Source: a virus. Taken from it: DNA of 64,000 bases. Made by a program: the position numbers and the translations under genes. The notes below the pieces were generated by a model, which was given only the letters and a program-made list of their open reading frames with translations, did not search any database and was not told the DNA's origin. The stretch covers positions 64,001-128,000 of the IMG/VR virus record IMGVR_UViG_3300011980_000002; one strand, 5' to 3'. Shown in pieces: positions 27,065 through 36,318 of this stretch (positions within the stretch are counted from its first letter, which is position 1; every line of letters begins with the position of its first letter).

Positions 27065-28822
27065 CTATTTTTTCTTACCAGTAGATTTCTTACTTGGTGG
27101 TTTGTATGCAGGTTTCTTATTAGCATTCTTTCCTTTACCTTTACTACTCTTAGATTTTGTACCTGCTGTTTTATTACCCATATCTGTTTTTACATTAGAT
27201 GTGGCTACAACTTGTCTACCAGACTTTTTAGCTTCTCTAAATCTTAATTTAAAGGTATAAGCAGGCATTCCTGTAGTATTAAAGGTTTCTATAAATGGTG
27301 CACCAACCCATGTTGTATTTACCATATAATCACCATTATTAATTACTGGTACATATGCAAATCCATTGCTCTTTTTAGAATTCATATTAAATTCTACTAA
27401 TGATAATGGATTGTAATCTTCTTTAAATGAGTATTGATATCTTATCTCTATACTCGGATTACTAAGAATATTACCAGCAGCCCATGAGTATTGAGCAGAT
27501 GGAATTGTTTGTGGGAATACTCCATAATACTTAGACCAGAAAATTACAGTTTCACCATCTTCCGCAGTTACGATATAATATAGACAAGTTGCATAATCCA
27601 TTATCTTATCTATTATATATTCATGCTTAGGATTTATCATTCCTTGGAATACACCTGATATATAATCTGCCCACATCTTATGTAAATGGAACACATGAAG
27701 ATTTCTATCGTCATAATACTCTATACTAAAATCTCCAGCAGTCTTAGACTCTATATTACTTTTACCATATGCTACTTGATGACCTGTGAAAGTTTTACCA
27801 TATTTACTCACATTAATGAATTCATCAGTAACATTAAATGACCTTGCTCTATTAGATAGATACATCATAAAGTCTGAATCATATCCACCGTCCATTACTA
27901 ATTGTCTTAGTATCTCAGGAGAGTTGTGATATGCATAAACAAAGTTAGGGTCATTTTTTAACCCTTCTACTAAGTCATAATTTTCACCAGCTCTAACTAA
28001 TATATTACAATCAGGTCTTACAAAAAATACATGGGGATAGCATTTAGCAAGTACATCATTACCTTGGTTTGTCTTAAACCTATTATATGAATTAGTGTAT
28101 TTTCTAAAGAGTTCATCTCTACTATAAAGACCAAAATTAAGACTATCTCTAATCTTATCCATATCTTCCAGTATCTTATCTCTCTCATAATCCATATGGT
28201 AGTTATATTCATACCATTGCTTATCTTGATCACTATTAAATCTGATTTTAGGTGGATAACCTGCTTTATTTTGAACTAAAGAAGGATCTCTTTCATTAAG
28301 TTTCTTTAACTCTGCTTGAGTCATTCTTCCTGCAACTTTTCTTAAATACCAATCTTTATTCCTATCTATTTTAGCTCCATCATATAAAGCATCATCAAAG
28401 TAATAAGTATTTTCTTTCTTATTCTTCCATAAAGCTGCGGAACCATCTAGTGGGAATTTATCATAACCTTCTATCTGTTGTTCACCACCAAGCATATTAT
28501 TCAATGCAGACTCAATATCTTCTTGACTTGGACCTTCAGGTGGCTTAGGTGCTTCTTCTGCTTTAGGTTGTTCGGCAGGTTGTTGTTCTTGTGTTCCTTG
28601 GTCTATATGTAAGAATGGATAAGAGTAACGAGGGTCTTGTTGACATACCCAGTTACCATTGTATTTAACCCATACCCATCCACCACCAGGAGCAGTTGTC
28701 TCTAATTCACCTACATCTATAGTAGTACCTTTAGCAAGTTTACCTACTATACGAGTTTGTATAGATGGACCTTGACGAATATTAAGTCTTGTTTGTCTTG
28801 TTGTAACGGTCGCAGTTGCCAT
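27065..28822 (-). CDS. SH3b domain + Pro/Glu/Gln linker + tail-tube-fold (gp19/gp48/gp54-like) domain + Lys-rich tail; putative baseplate tube/initiator protein
   Basis: N-terminus LNIRQGPSIQTRIVGKLAKGTTIDV..GGWVWVKYNGNWV is a bacterial SH3 pattern. The C-terminal domain parallels the tube gene 38319..39128 (HVFFVRPDCN vs GRIFMVRKPL; FSIEYYDDRNLHVFHLHKMWADYISGV vs FTIKTYEFSGSPMREIIHFWINGV; YYGVFPQTIPSAQYSW..IEIRYQYSF vs MFANCFPKSINVDSYNY..LDIEFSCTKYE). ATG 28822 with SD aggaaggag; the ORF track uses TTG 28831. Confidence 0.5.
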   Translation of the reverse strand: MATATVTTRQTRLNIRQGPSIQTRIVGKLAKGTTIDVGELETTAPGGGWVWVKYNGNWVCQQDPRYSYPFLHIDQGTQEQQPAEQPKAEEAPKPPEGPSQEDIESALNNMLGGEQQIEGYDKFPLDGSAALWKNKKENTYYFDDALYDGAKIDRNKDWYLRKVAGRMTQAELKKLNERDPSLVQNKAGYPPKIRFNSDQDKQWYEYNYHMDYERDKILEDMDKIRDSLNFGLYSRDELFRKYTNSYNRFKTNQGNDVLAKCYPHVFFVRPDCNILVRAGENYDLVEGLKNDPNFVYAYHNSPEILRQLVMDGGYDSDFMMYLSNRARSFNVTDEFINVSKYGKTFTGHQVAYGKSNIESKTAGDFSIEYYDDRNLHVFHLHKMWADYISGVFQGMINPKHEYIIDKIMDYATCLYYIVTAEDGETVIFWSKYYGVFPQTIPSAQYSWAAGNILSNPSIEIRYQYSFKEDYNPLSLVEFNMNSKKSNGFAYVPVINNGDYMVNTTWVGAPFIETFNTTGMPAYTFKLRFREAKKSGRQVVATSNVKTDMGNKTAGTKSKSSKGKGKNANKKPAYKPPSKKSTGKKK

Positions 28823-28969
28823 AGTATACAACTCCTTCCTTTCCTTTATAAATTATTATGTGTTGCTTTAAGCTAATGTTTTTTATAGGGTTTTTCAATA
28901 AATGTGATGAATTTATATATTATAAATATGGATACTTAATTTAATAGAAAGGATAATTGGTTACAACAA

Positions 28970-29215
28970 ATGGCTAGAAGAAAGAGTAGTAATAATAGAG
29001 GTATAGATTTAAAGAACGGATTAAAATTGATAGAATCCGTGATTAATCTAATGACAAATGAAACTATCCAAAAGAGTATATTTGGAGAGTACTCGGATGG
29101 TAATACTAGAAGTATTATGGATAGTTTAAATGGAGAAGTGCTATCACCTAAGCAAAAAGCCAGAAAGCTTTATAAGAAGAAAAAGAAAGCTGGTAAAAAG
29201 AAATTAAAATTATAA
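28970..29215 (+). CDS. Small basic protein (81 aa)
   Basis: tagaaagga box upstream. Lys-rich C-terminus KKKKKAGKKKLKL. Confidence 0.55.
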   Translation: MARRKSSNNRGIDLKNGLKLIESVINLMTNETIQKSIFGEYSDGNTRSIMDSLNGEVLSPKQKARKLYKKKKKAGKKKLKL

Positions 29216-29282
29216 GATAATTATATAATATTATGATGTAGTCGTATAATTAATATTAACATATTAAAGGAGAAAGAAATAT

Positions 29283-29456
29283 ATGAAAAAGAAAGATGAA
29301 ATATTAAGTTGTGGTTTATTTGCAGTAGGTTCTATAGCTTGTACATTTCTCTCAGCAGCTCTCGGAGCTATATCTGTAGCGAAAGGTATTAAATGTGCAA
29401 ATGATGAGAAAAACAAGGATATACTCCGAAAGGAGTTAGAGAGGTTTGATTCATAA
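29283..29456 (+). CDS. Small membrane protein (57 aa), not in ORF track
   Basis: SD aaaggag 9 nt upstream. MKKKDEILSCGLFAVGSIACTFLSAALGAISVAKGIK.. contains one predicted TM helix. Followed by a terminator. Confidence 0.5.
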   Translation: MKKKDEILSCGLFAVGSIACTFLSAALGAISVAKGIKCANDEKNKDILRKELERFDS

Positions 29457-29464
29457 AAATATTC

Positions 29465-29500
29465 GGGTAGAAGATTAAATTCTTCTACCCTTTATTTTTT
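29465..29500. terminator. Bidirectional terminator
   Basis: Stem gggtagaaga/tcttctaccc plus a T-run, between convergent genes. Confidence 0.75.
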
Positions 29501-30472
29501 TTATTTAAATCTTGCATTATATTTTCTACCATACTCGTCAGTTGCTATCATGGTAGATCTATTAAGAGATAATTTAGACTGTATTGGTAATGGATAATCT
29601 GATATTACATTTCCATTACTATCTGTAGCAATATACTCATAGTCATCTAAATCATCTTGATTTATTAATACTGATAATTTAACATCTTGATTTTCATACT
29701 TAAGATATGCATCAACATCTTCACCCCTATTATCTATTTCTCCTAAGTCAATATTTCCTATTGCTGAAGCAAATGCATCATCATCCATATCATCAATAGT
29801 AAGATTATCCGTATCATTAATGATAGCTCCTCTATTACTAATGATACCTTTAAGGTATTGAGCCGCATATGAATTAAGGTCTTCACCTTCTAATCCACCA
29901 ATTCCTTTTTCTTTAGCTTCTTTCATTGCTAGTTCAGCTATAGTTTTCTTTAATCCGATTTTTTCTTTAACTAAAGAAACAGATAACTGTCTTGCTTGAG
30001 TTAATGTAGAAATTAAATCTGTAGTAAATTTACCCAATCCACTAGAAGTAGTCTTCCTACTATTCATAGCATCATATTTAGACTGTAAACTCTCTACAAA
30101 TCTATTCTGGTCTACTAATAGGTTATTAAGTAAAGCTCCTTCAGTTTCAAATTCTTTATTATAATCAGTTAACTCATCTTTCTTCTTGTGTTTATTTTTT
30201 TTCTTCTTACCACCATCTTCAGCAAATATATTCTTAACAGATTTAGTTCTTATCTTATTATTAGACAATGTGGTTAATGTAGTTAGCCACATACTGGCAG
30301 TATCTTCATTATCCTCATCTTCCTTATCTTTTTCTTTCTTTTCTTTTTTACTATTAGTAATTAGAAATGGTACAGGTTCATTAGATAAATTATCTAAATC
30401 TTCGAATACTTTTTTCTTTCGATTTATCGGTAATTCATACTCATCAAACAATGAGCTGTCTTTATCTTTCAT
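29501..30472 (-). CDS. Hypothetical protein (323 aa)
   Basis: K/E-rich N-terminal half and acidic C-terminal half. No motif recognised. Confidence 0.55.
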   Translation of the reverse strand: MKDKDSSLFDEYELPINRKKKVFEDLDNLSNEPVPFLITNSKKEKKEKDKEDEDNEDTASMWLTTLTTLSNNKIRTKSVKNIFAEDGGKKKKNKHKKKDELTDYNKEFETEGALLNNLLVDQNRFVESLQSKYDAMNSRKTTSSGLGKFTTDLISTLTQARQLSVSLVKEKIGLKKTIAELAMKEAKEKGIGGLEGEDLNSYAAQYLKGIISNRGAIINDTDNLTIDDMDDDAFASAIGNIDLGEIDNRGEDVDAYLKYENQDVKLSVLINQDDLDDYEYIATDSNGNVISDYPLPIQSKLSLNRSTMIATDEYGRKYNARFK

Positions 30473-30601
30473 ACAATAAGTATTTCCTTTCTTCTATATG
30501 ATTTACTGTTTTGTTAAATCTAAGTATTTTAATATAAGCTAAAAAACAGAACCCTAATTGAGAATTATGTAAAGAATAAGAAAGGGTTTTATAGAAGAAT
30601 T

Positions 30602-32488
30602 ATGATGAATATTACTAAAGATAATGCAATGCTATTAGATATTCAATATGTAAGACCGAATAGAAATAAGAACTTAAAAGATTGTCTTTATTATATATAT
30701 AAGAATTTAGACAATGGCGAAAAATATTTAGAGATTAAAGAAGAACCTGAAATAGACATATATTTTACTAAACCAGAATATAGAGACCATAAATATCATA
30801 AAGATTATGAGCATTTAAGTAAATTAAATAAAGTAACTACAAAGGTTACTAATATAATTCCTACTATAGCAAAAGATGCTGGACCAGAAGCACAAGAGTT
30901 TTTAAGACAGATTTATAATTCTAAAGATTATAGTAAATTGAAAGAGTTTATGACATATCCTTATTGTTATGCAGCAGATTATGGTCCCCAATCATTTCAT
31001 AGAATAAAATGGTTAAATGAATTATCTAATAATAGACCTAAACCAATAACAAAAGGATTCTTAGATATAGAGACAGACTCTATAGATATAAAAGGATTTA
31101 CTGATGCAACAACTTGTCCAATAGACTTAGTTACTCTTATGGATAGTAATACTATGACGAGTTATACATTTGCTTTAGTAAATAGACAAATTAAAGAAGT
31201 TGAATTAACTTCTGATATGAAGAAAAGCGATTACAAGTATGAGATAGAAAGAAGAAAGTTATACGAGAGAAGACATAATAGTGAAAAAGAACTAATGGAC
31301 AATATTGATGACTTCATTAAAGAATTACATGATGATTTCGATGAATCTTATGGTAATATAGACTATAAATTTTACTTCTATGAAGATGAAGCTAAGATGT
31401 TAGTTCATTTATTACAATTAGTCCATTATCTTAAATTAGATTTTATACTTATATGGAATATGGGATTTGATATTCCATATATATTAAAAAGATTAGAGGT
31501 ATTAGGATTTAATCCATCTGATATTATGTGTCATAAGGATTTTCCTAATAAGCAATGTTATTATAAATATGATAAGCATAATTATAATCCTAAAGAGAAA
31601 TCTGAATATTTCTTTTGTAGTAGTTATACGATATGGTACGACCAGATGGCTTTATATGCATCTATAAGAAAAGGTGGTAAAGAAATAAGGTCATTAAGAT
31701 TAACCGATATTGGTCATGAAGAAATTAATGATGATAAGTTAGATTATTCAGAAGAAGGAGATATTAAGAGATTCTCTTATAGAAATTATAAGAAATATAT
31801 TAAGTATAATATAAAGGATGTTTTACTTCAATATGGTATAGAAAGAAAAGTTAATGATATAGACTTATTATATGTCTATAGTTATAATAATGGAACTCCT
31901 TATGAGTCAGTATTTAAACAAACTGTAAAGCTTAGACAATTACAATATATTTACTATTTAAAACAAGGATTAGTTCCTGGAAATAATATTAATATATTTA
32001 ATGATAATAATGAAGATGATAATAGAGTATTAGATGAAGAAGAAAAAGATATAGAAGATGAGGATATTGATACAGATGTTGCATTTGAAGGTGCATTAGT
32101 TGGAAACCCCGTATTAAATTCTAATGTGGGTATGACTTTATTCGGGCATCAGTTTAATTCTGTATTTGGATATTCTATAGATATGGATATGGGTGCATTT
32201 TATCCATCTACAGTTATATCTCATAATATTGCAGCAGCTTGTTTATACTTTAAAGCATTCTGTTCACATAAGCAATTTGAATATAATGGTGGTAAATTAA
32301 AATTCAATGGATATACAAATATCCCAGTAATTAAAACTAATGATACTTTATTAGATGATGATGTCGCTAAAGAATTATTTGATAATTTCCAAACCGGTAA
32401 TTACATTTCATTTGGACATAAGTGGATGAATTTACCAACTGTAGCAGATATTTATAATAAGTACTTAGAAGAAACAAAAGGAGTTTAA
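30602..32488 (+). CDS. Family-B DNA polymerase, N-terminal portion (3'-5' exonuclease domain plus polymerase motif A only)
   Basis: Exo I FLDIETDS, Exo II IWNMGFDIPYIL, Exo III YNIKDVLL, motif A DMDMGAFYPSTVI. No motif B (KxxxNSxYG) or motif C (YGDTDS) before the stop. Confidence 0.8.
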   Translation: MMNITKDNAMLLDIQYVRPNRNKNLKDCLYYIYKNLDNGEKYLEIKEEPEIDIYFTKPEYRDHKYHKDYEHLSKLNKVTTKVTNIIPTIAKDAGPEAQEFLRQIYNSKDYSKLKEFMTYPYCYAADYGPQSFHRIKWLNELSNNRPKPITKGFLDIETDSIDIKGFTDATTCPIDLVTLMDSNTMTSYTFALVNRQIKEVELTSDMKKSDYKYEIERRKLYERRHNSEKELMDNIDDFIKELHDDFDESYGNIDYKFYFYEDEAKMLVHLLQLVHYLKLDFILIWNMGFDIPYILKRLEVLGFNPSDIMCHKDFPNKQCYYKYDKHNYNPKEKSEYFFCSSYTIWYDQMALYASIRKGGKEIRSLRLTDIGHEEINDDKLDYSEEGDIKRFSYRNYKKYIKYNIKDVLLQYGIERKVNDIDLLYVYSYNNGTPYESVFKQTVKLRQLQYIYYLKQGLVPGNNINIFNDNNEDDNRVLDEEEKDIEDEDIDTDVAFEGALVGNPVLNSNVGMTLFGHQFNSVFGYSIDMDMGAFYPSTVISHNIAAACLYFKAFCSHKQFEYNGGKLKFNGYTNIPVIKTNDTLLDDDVAKELFDNFQTGNYISFGHKWMNLPTVADIYNKYLEETKGV

Positions 32489-32493
32489 GATAA

Positions 32494-33102
32494 ATGGCTA
32501 AAAAAGAAAAAAGCAGTAGAGAATTATATTTAGATATGTTAACTAAGATTAAATCAGTATTTAATAAAGATATCTATATTTATAATAGAAGATATATAAT
32601 TGCTGGAAATGAATCTTATAATAACATAATTGGAAATATATATTGTAAGTTAAATACTAATTATGATTTTTTTAGTGACTTACCAGTAAATACTAATAAT
32701 AATATTATTATTTATATTCCATCTGTAGTAGATGAGAAGAAAACTGAAGTTGGTACTTTAGCTCATATAGTAGATAATGATTTAGAGATTCATAAAGTTA
32801 ATAAAATAATCAATCAATTTAATGATATTCCATCAGAATTTATTATATGGAAAAAGTTAACCGAGCAATTATCCGATGAAGCTATCTCATTAATTTTTAA
32901 TGAGAATAACTGTTATAATCTTCAATGTAATTCCAAGGAAATTACAATATCCAAACAGATATTACCATTAGTAACGGCTAAGAACATTGATGATGTCACA
33001 TTCTCATTTAAGATAGATGAAGAGAATAAAATAAATAAGATATTATTTTTAATTATGCATAAATATTTTGATATTTATGCTTTATATAAATTTATAGCAT
33101 AA
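32494..33102 (+). CDS. Hypothetical protein (202 aa)
   Basis: Starts 5 nt after the polymerase stop. No polymerase motifs. Confidence 0.55.
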   Translation: MAKKEKSSRELYLDMLTKIKSVFNKDIYIYNRRYIIAGNESYNNIIGNIYCKLNTNYDFFSDLPVNTNNNIIIYIPSVVDEKKTEVGTLAHIVDNDLEIHKVNKIINQFNDIPSEFIIWKKLTEQLSDEAISLIFNENNCYNLQCNSKEITISKQILPLVTAKNIDDVTFSFKIDEENKINKILFLIMHKYFDIYALYKFIA

Positions 33103-33111
33103 ATTTAATAG

Positions 33112-33163
33112 AATTACCATTAATAAGAAGACATAGTAGAATTCTTATTAATGGTAATTATTT
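33112..33163 (+). terminator. Rho-independent terminator
   Basis: Perfect 18-bp stem aattaccattaataagaa/ttcttattaatggtaatt. Confidence 0.7.
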
Positions 33164-33267
33164 ACCGTAAAATATACCAATTTAACAATTTCCTAATATA
33201 AAACCCTTATTAAAATAAATAATAAGAATATTATTTACGGAAAGGAGTTAATTAAAAAAGAATTTGA

Positions 33268-35625
33268 ATGGCTAATGAAAGTAAGACAACAAAAAATGTC
33301 AATAAGACTAATAAGAATTTATTCGGTAATATAAATTCGTTAATAGATAAATTACATGCATCTGCTTTTGGTACATCTTCTAACACAGATATAGATAGAC
33401 TAAATGATAGATTTTCGAATTTCTTACAAGCTGAATCGGATACTTTTAACAGGAGTAATACTCAAGATAACAACCAGTCATTTATACAGAAATTATTTGA
33501 TAAGAACGATAATAATCTTTCAAATAATAATCAAGAAATTATTGATCAATTAACTAATATCTTTGATAATAAAGATATGGATAGTATGGCTCAATCATTC
33601 ATGGATGAAGTTTATAAAAATAAGCTTCTTAAGTTAAATGACTTACATGAAGTATCTACTCAGTTAATAGAGTTAAGAGAGTCTATATTAATTACAAGAG
33701 ATGCGATTATATCTTCAGATATTGTAGAAGGAAGAATGTCGAGATTACTTAAATTCGATGCTACAGGATCTAATAATAATGCAAAGAATATAAGTATTGT
33801 AGAATCTATGGAAAAGAAGTTTAGTCTTCAGAATAAGATTAAAGACTTTATTATCCCAAGAACTCTGGAATATGGTATGTATTATGCATATGTGATACCA
33901 TATTCCAAAATTTTCTCTGACTTTATGAAGTATAAAGAAAAGAGAAAAAATAAAATGGGAATTATGATGGGAGAGTCTACACTATATGAGAATGTAAGAC
34001 TTAATGAAGACTATGATGACTTCACTAAAGTATTTAATGAAAATTATTCTATACATAGTGAAAGTAATAATCCTAAAGAGAATAAAGAAGCTATTATTAA
34101 GAATAATGAACTTAAAAATATCTTTGATAATAATCTAAAATCTATATTAGAGAATGTAAGTATATGTAATGACGCTATACCATTACCAGTAATGGAAGAA
34201 GGATATGATAGTATTAAATTCTTCGGAGATAAATGTGTTGATGAAGTATTTAATGAAAAGAATTATCAGATAGATGATATCGGTAGTGATAGTTACTTTA
34301 ATACCGTAATGAAAACAAGTGATGCAGGAACATACGATATTAAAGATAAAAAAGAAGATAGTAATAAGAATTATGAAAAAGATTTTAAGAAAATTCATGA
34401 TTGTTATATTAAGATGATAGATCCAAAAAATATGAAACCGATTAAGATAATGAATAAAGTAATTGGTTATTACTATCAGACTGCTGAAGAAATATCTGGA
34501 GTTAATGGAAGTATATTATCTCCTACAAGAAATAGTATATCTGAATTAACTAACTTACAGAATAATTCTAACTTAGTAGATATAATTGCTAAGAAGATAG
34601 TTAAATCGTTTAATAAAGATTTCTTAATGAATAACCCTAAGTTTAAAGAGTTAATTATGGAATCTTTAATGTATTATAACTTAAACACTACTAAGATAAG
34701 ATATCAATTTATCCCAGCAGAATATATTATAGAGTTTAAAATATCTGAAGATGAATATGGTAATGGTACATCAATGATAGAAGGTTCTTTATTCTATGCA
34801 AAACTCTATCTTATGTTATTACTATTTAAGATGATGAGTATTATTCTTTATAGTAATGATACCAGAGTTAACTATATTAAGAATTCTGGTATAGATAAGA
34901 ATGTAAGAAAGAAGATAGAAGAGATTGCAAGAATAAAGCAACAAAGACAGATTAATGTAATGGATATGTTCTCTTATACCGGATTGATTAATAAAATAGG
35001 TATCGGTACAGAAACCTATATTCCTACAGGAAGATCTGGTGAAAGAGGAATAGAGACTGAGATATTACAAGGTCAAGATGTACAGATGAATTCTGACTTA
35101 ATGGATAATCTTAAAAAAGGTTATATCTTAGGTACAGGAGTTCCTGATGCAATTATTAACTATCTTAATGAAGCAGATTTTGCTAAATCTGTAGAATTAG
35201 CTAATACGAGATATTTAGGAAGAGTCGTAAATTATCAATTAGACTTTGCTGAAGGAATCACTAAACTATATCAGCAGATAATGAGATATTCTACAGAGAT
35301 AGAAGATATGGATATTAATGGATTTGAATTTTCATTTGCTCCACCAAAAAATACTAATACACAAATTAAAGGTGATATGATAGGTAACTTTGAAACTTTT
35401 GCCACATGGGTATTAGGAATGACAATTGGACAAAATGAATTAGATAACCCTGAGAATACAGAAGTTGTTAAATTACTTAAGAGAAGTTTAGCAGAAGACT
35501 ATTTACCAATGATTAACTTCAAGAGTATTGATGATGCATATGAAAATGCGATGATTAAAGGAACTGGAAGAAATATAAGACCTAAAGGTGAAGAAGTATT
35601 AGACGATGGTAACTTAGGATTATAA
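33268..35625 (+). CDS. Portal protein (T4 gp20-like)
   Basis: Segments parallel gp20 as recalled from memory: LIELRESILITRDAIISSDIVEG (cf. EVDNAVSEIVSDAIVYED), SNDTRVNYIKNSG..KKIEEIARIK (cf. APDRRVWYVDTGNM..AAEHMQHV), and ETEILQGQDVQMNSDLMDNLKKGYILGTGVPDAII (cf. [35 protein letters not shown]). Confidence 0.65.
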   Translation: MANESKTTKNVNKTNKNLFGNINSLIDKLHASAFGTSSNTDIDRLNDRFSNFLQAESDTFNRSNTQDNNQSFIQKLFDKNDNNLSNNNQEIIDQLTNIFDNKDMDSMAQSFMDEVYKNKLLKLNDLHEVSTQLIELRESILITRDAIISSDIVEGRMSRLLKFDATGSNNNAKNISIVESMEKKFSLQNKIKDFIIPRTLEYGMYYAYVIPYSKIFSDFMKYKEKRKNKMGIMMGESTLYENVRLNEDYDDFTKVFNENYSIHSESNNPKENKEAIIKNNELKNIFDNNLKSILENVSICNDAIPLPVMEEGYDSIKFFGDKCVDEVFNEKNYQIDDIGSDSYFNTVMKTSDAGTYDIKDKKEDSNKNYEKDFKKIHDCYIKMIDPKNMKPIKIMNKVIGYYYQTAEEISGVNGSILSPTRNSISELTNLQNNSNLVDIIAKKIVKSFNKDFLMNNPKFKELIMESLMYYNLNTTKIRYQFIPAEYIIEFKISEDEYGNGTSMIEGSLFYAKLYLMLLLFKMMSIILYSNDTRVNYIKNSGIDKNVRKKIEEIARIKQQRQINVMDMFSYTGLINKIGIGTETYIPTGRSGERGIETEILQGQDVQMNSDLMDNLKKGYILGTGVPDAIINYLNEADFAKSVELANTRYLGRVVNYQLDFAEGITKLYQQIMRYSTEIEDMDINGFEFSFAPPKNTNTQIKGDMIGNFETFATWVLGMTIGQNELDNPENTEVVKLLKRSLAEDYLPMINFKSIDDAYENAMIKGTGRNIRPKGEEVLDDGNLGL

Positions 35626-35639
35626 AAAAATAATAGGTT

Positions 35640-35681
35640 GTGGATAGTATATGTAATTCAGCTTTTACATATACTATCCAC
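35640..35681. terminator. Bidirectional terminator
   Basis: Perfect 16-bp stem gtggatagtatatgta/tacatatactatccac. Confidence 0.75.
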
Positions 35682-35695
35682 ATTTGCTTTGACTC

Positions 35696-36031
35696 TTACA
35701 TCAAAGCAAATGCTTTACAACCTATTATTCTTCCTTCCTCGTCTCTGACAGGGTCAGAGGTGATGAGTAAATCATCACATCTTCTTCCTTGAGACTTTGC
35801 TGCACTCACTGTGAGTGCAGAGAGGATGTAGAAGGTTCCATCCTCATATGCGGGAAGCCCCATCACTTCCCCGTATGTGTTTCTGGTGAGACGGTATGGG
35901 AAACCGTCTACCTCTACCTCTTCGGTAGACATACTGGCTCTTGCGATTCCCTCTGAAGGGAACTCTGCAAGAACCTGATTGTCCTGGCTGAACAGGACAA
36001 TCTTATGTGGGGTTAAATTAATAACTTTCAT
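35696..36031 (-). CDS. Small protein (111 aa) of foreign base composition
   Basis: Hand counts give roughly 43-52% G+C per 60-nt line, against about 30% or less in the flanks. Has its own promoter-like motif and SD aaaggag. Sequence MKVINLTPHKIVL..GRIIGCKAF; family not identified. Confidence 0.7.
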   Translation of the reverse strand: MKVINLTPHKIVLFSQDNQVLAEFPSEGIARASMSTEEVEVDGFPYRLTRNTYGEVMGLPAYEDGTFYILSALTVSAAKSQGRRCDDLLITSDPVRDEEGRIIGCKAFALM

Positions 36032-36053
36032 ATTTTTCTCCTTTAATATGTAT

Positions 36054-36108
36054 ATTTATTTTACTACAGATAAATAGTATATCATCGTATATAGATAAAA
36101 TACGGTAT
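36054..36108 (-). promoter_or_regulatory. Conserved promoter-like motif
   Basis: The minus strand reads accgtattttatctatatacgatgatatactatttatctgtagtaaaataaat. Confidence 0.45.
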
Positions 36109-36180
36109 AAATAAATCAATTTAACATAGTAGTAAGTAACTTACCTTACTTATAGATACTTATTTATTGATTAAATGAAG

Positions 36181-36226
36181 AATATAGAGTATGTGGAATT
36201 AATCTTCCCATACTCTATATTTTTTA
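36181..36226 (+). terminator. Terminator hairpin preceding the sheath promoter region
   Basis: Stem aatatagagtatg/catactctatatt plus T-run, followed by tttttataaggatttctat. Confidence 0.55.
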
Positions 36227-36318
36227 TAAGGATTTCTATGTAACTTATGATAAATCCTTATTTTCTCATCAAAACAAGTATATAATCAAAAATTAAGATA
36301 TAATGAAAGGAGATATAT

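Noticed and set aside
32494-33102. ORF after the truncated polymerase as the missing polymerase C-terminal half.
   Set aside because: It has no KxxxNSxYG or YGDTDS-like motif and is too short (202 aa) for fingers, palm and thumb.
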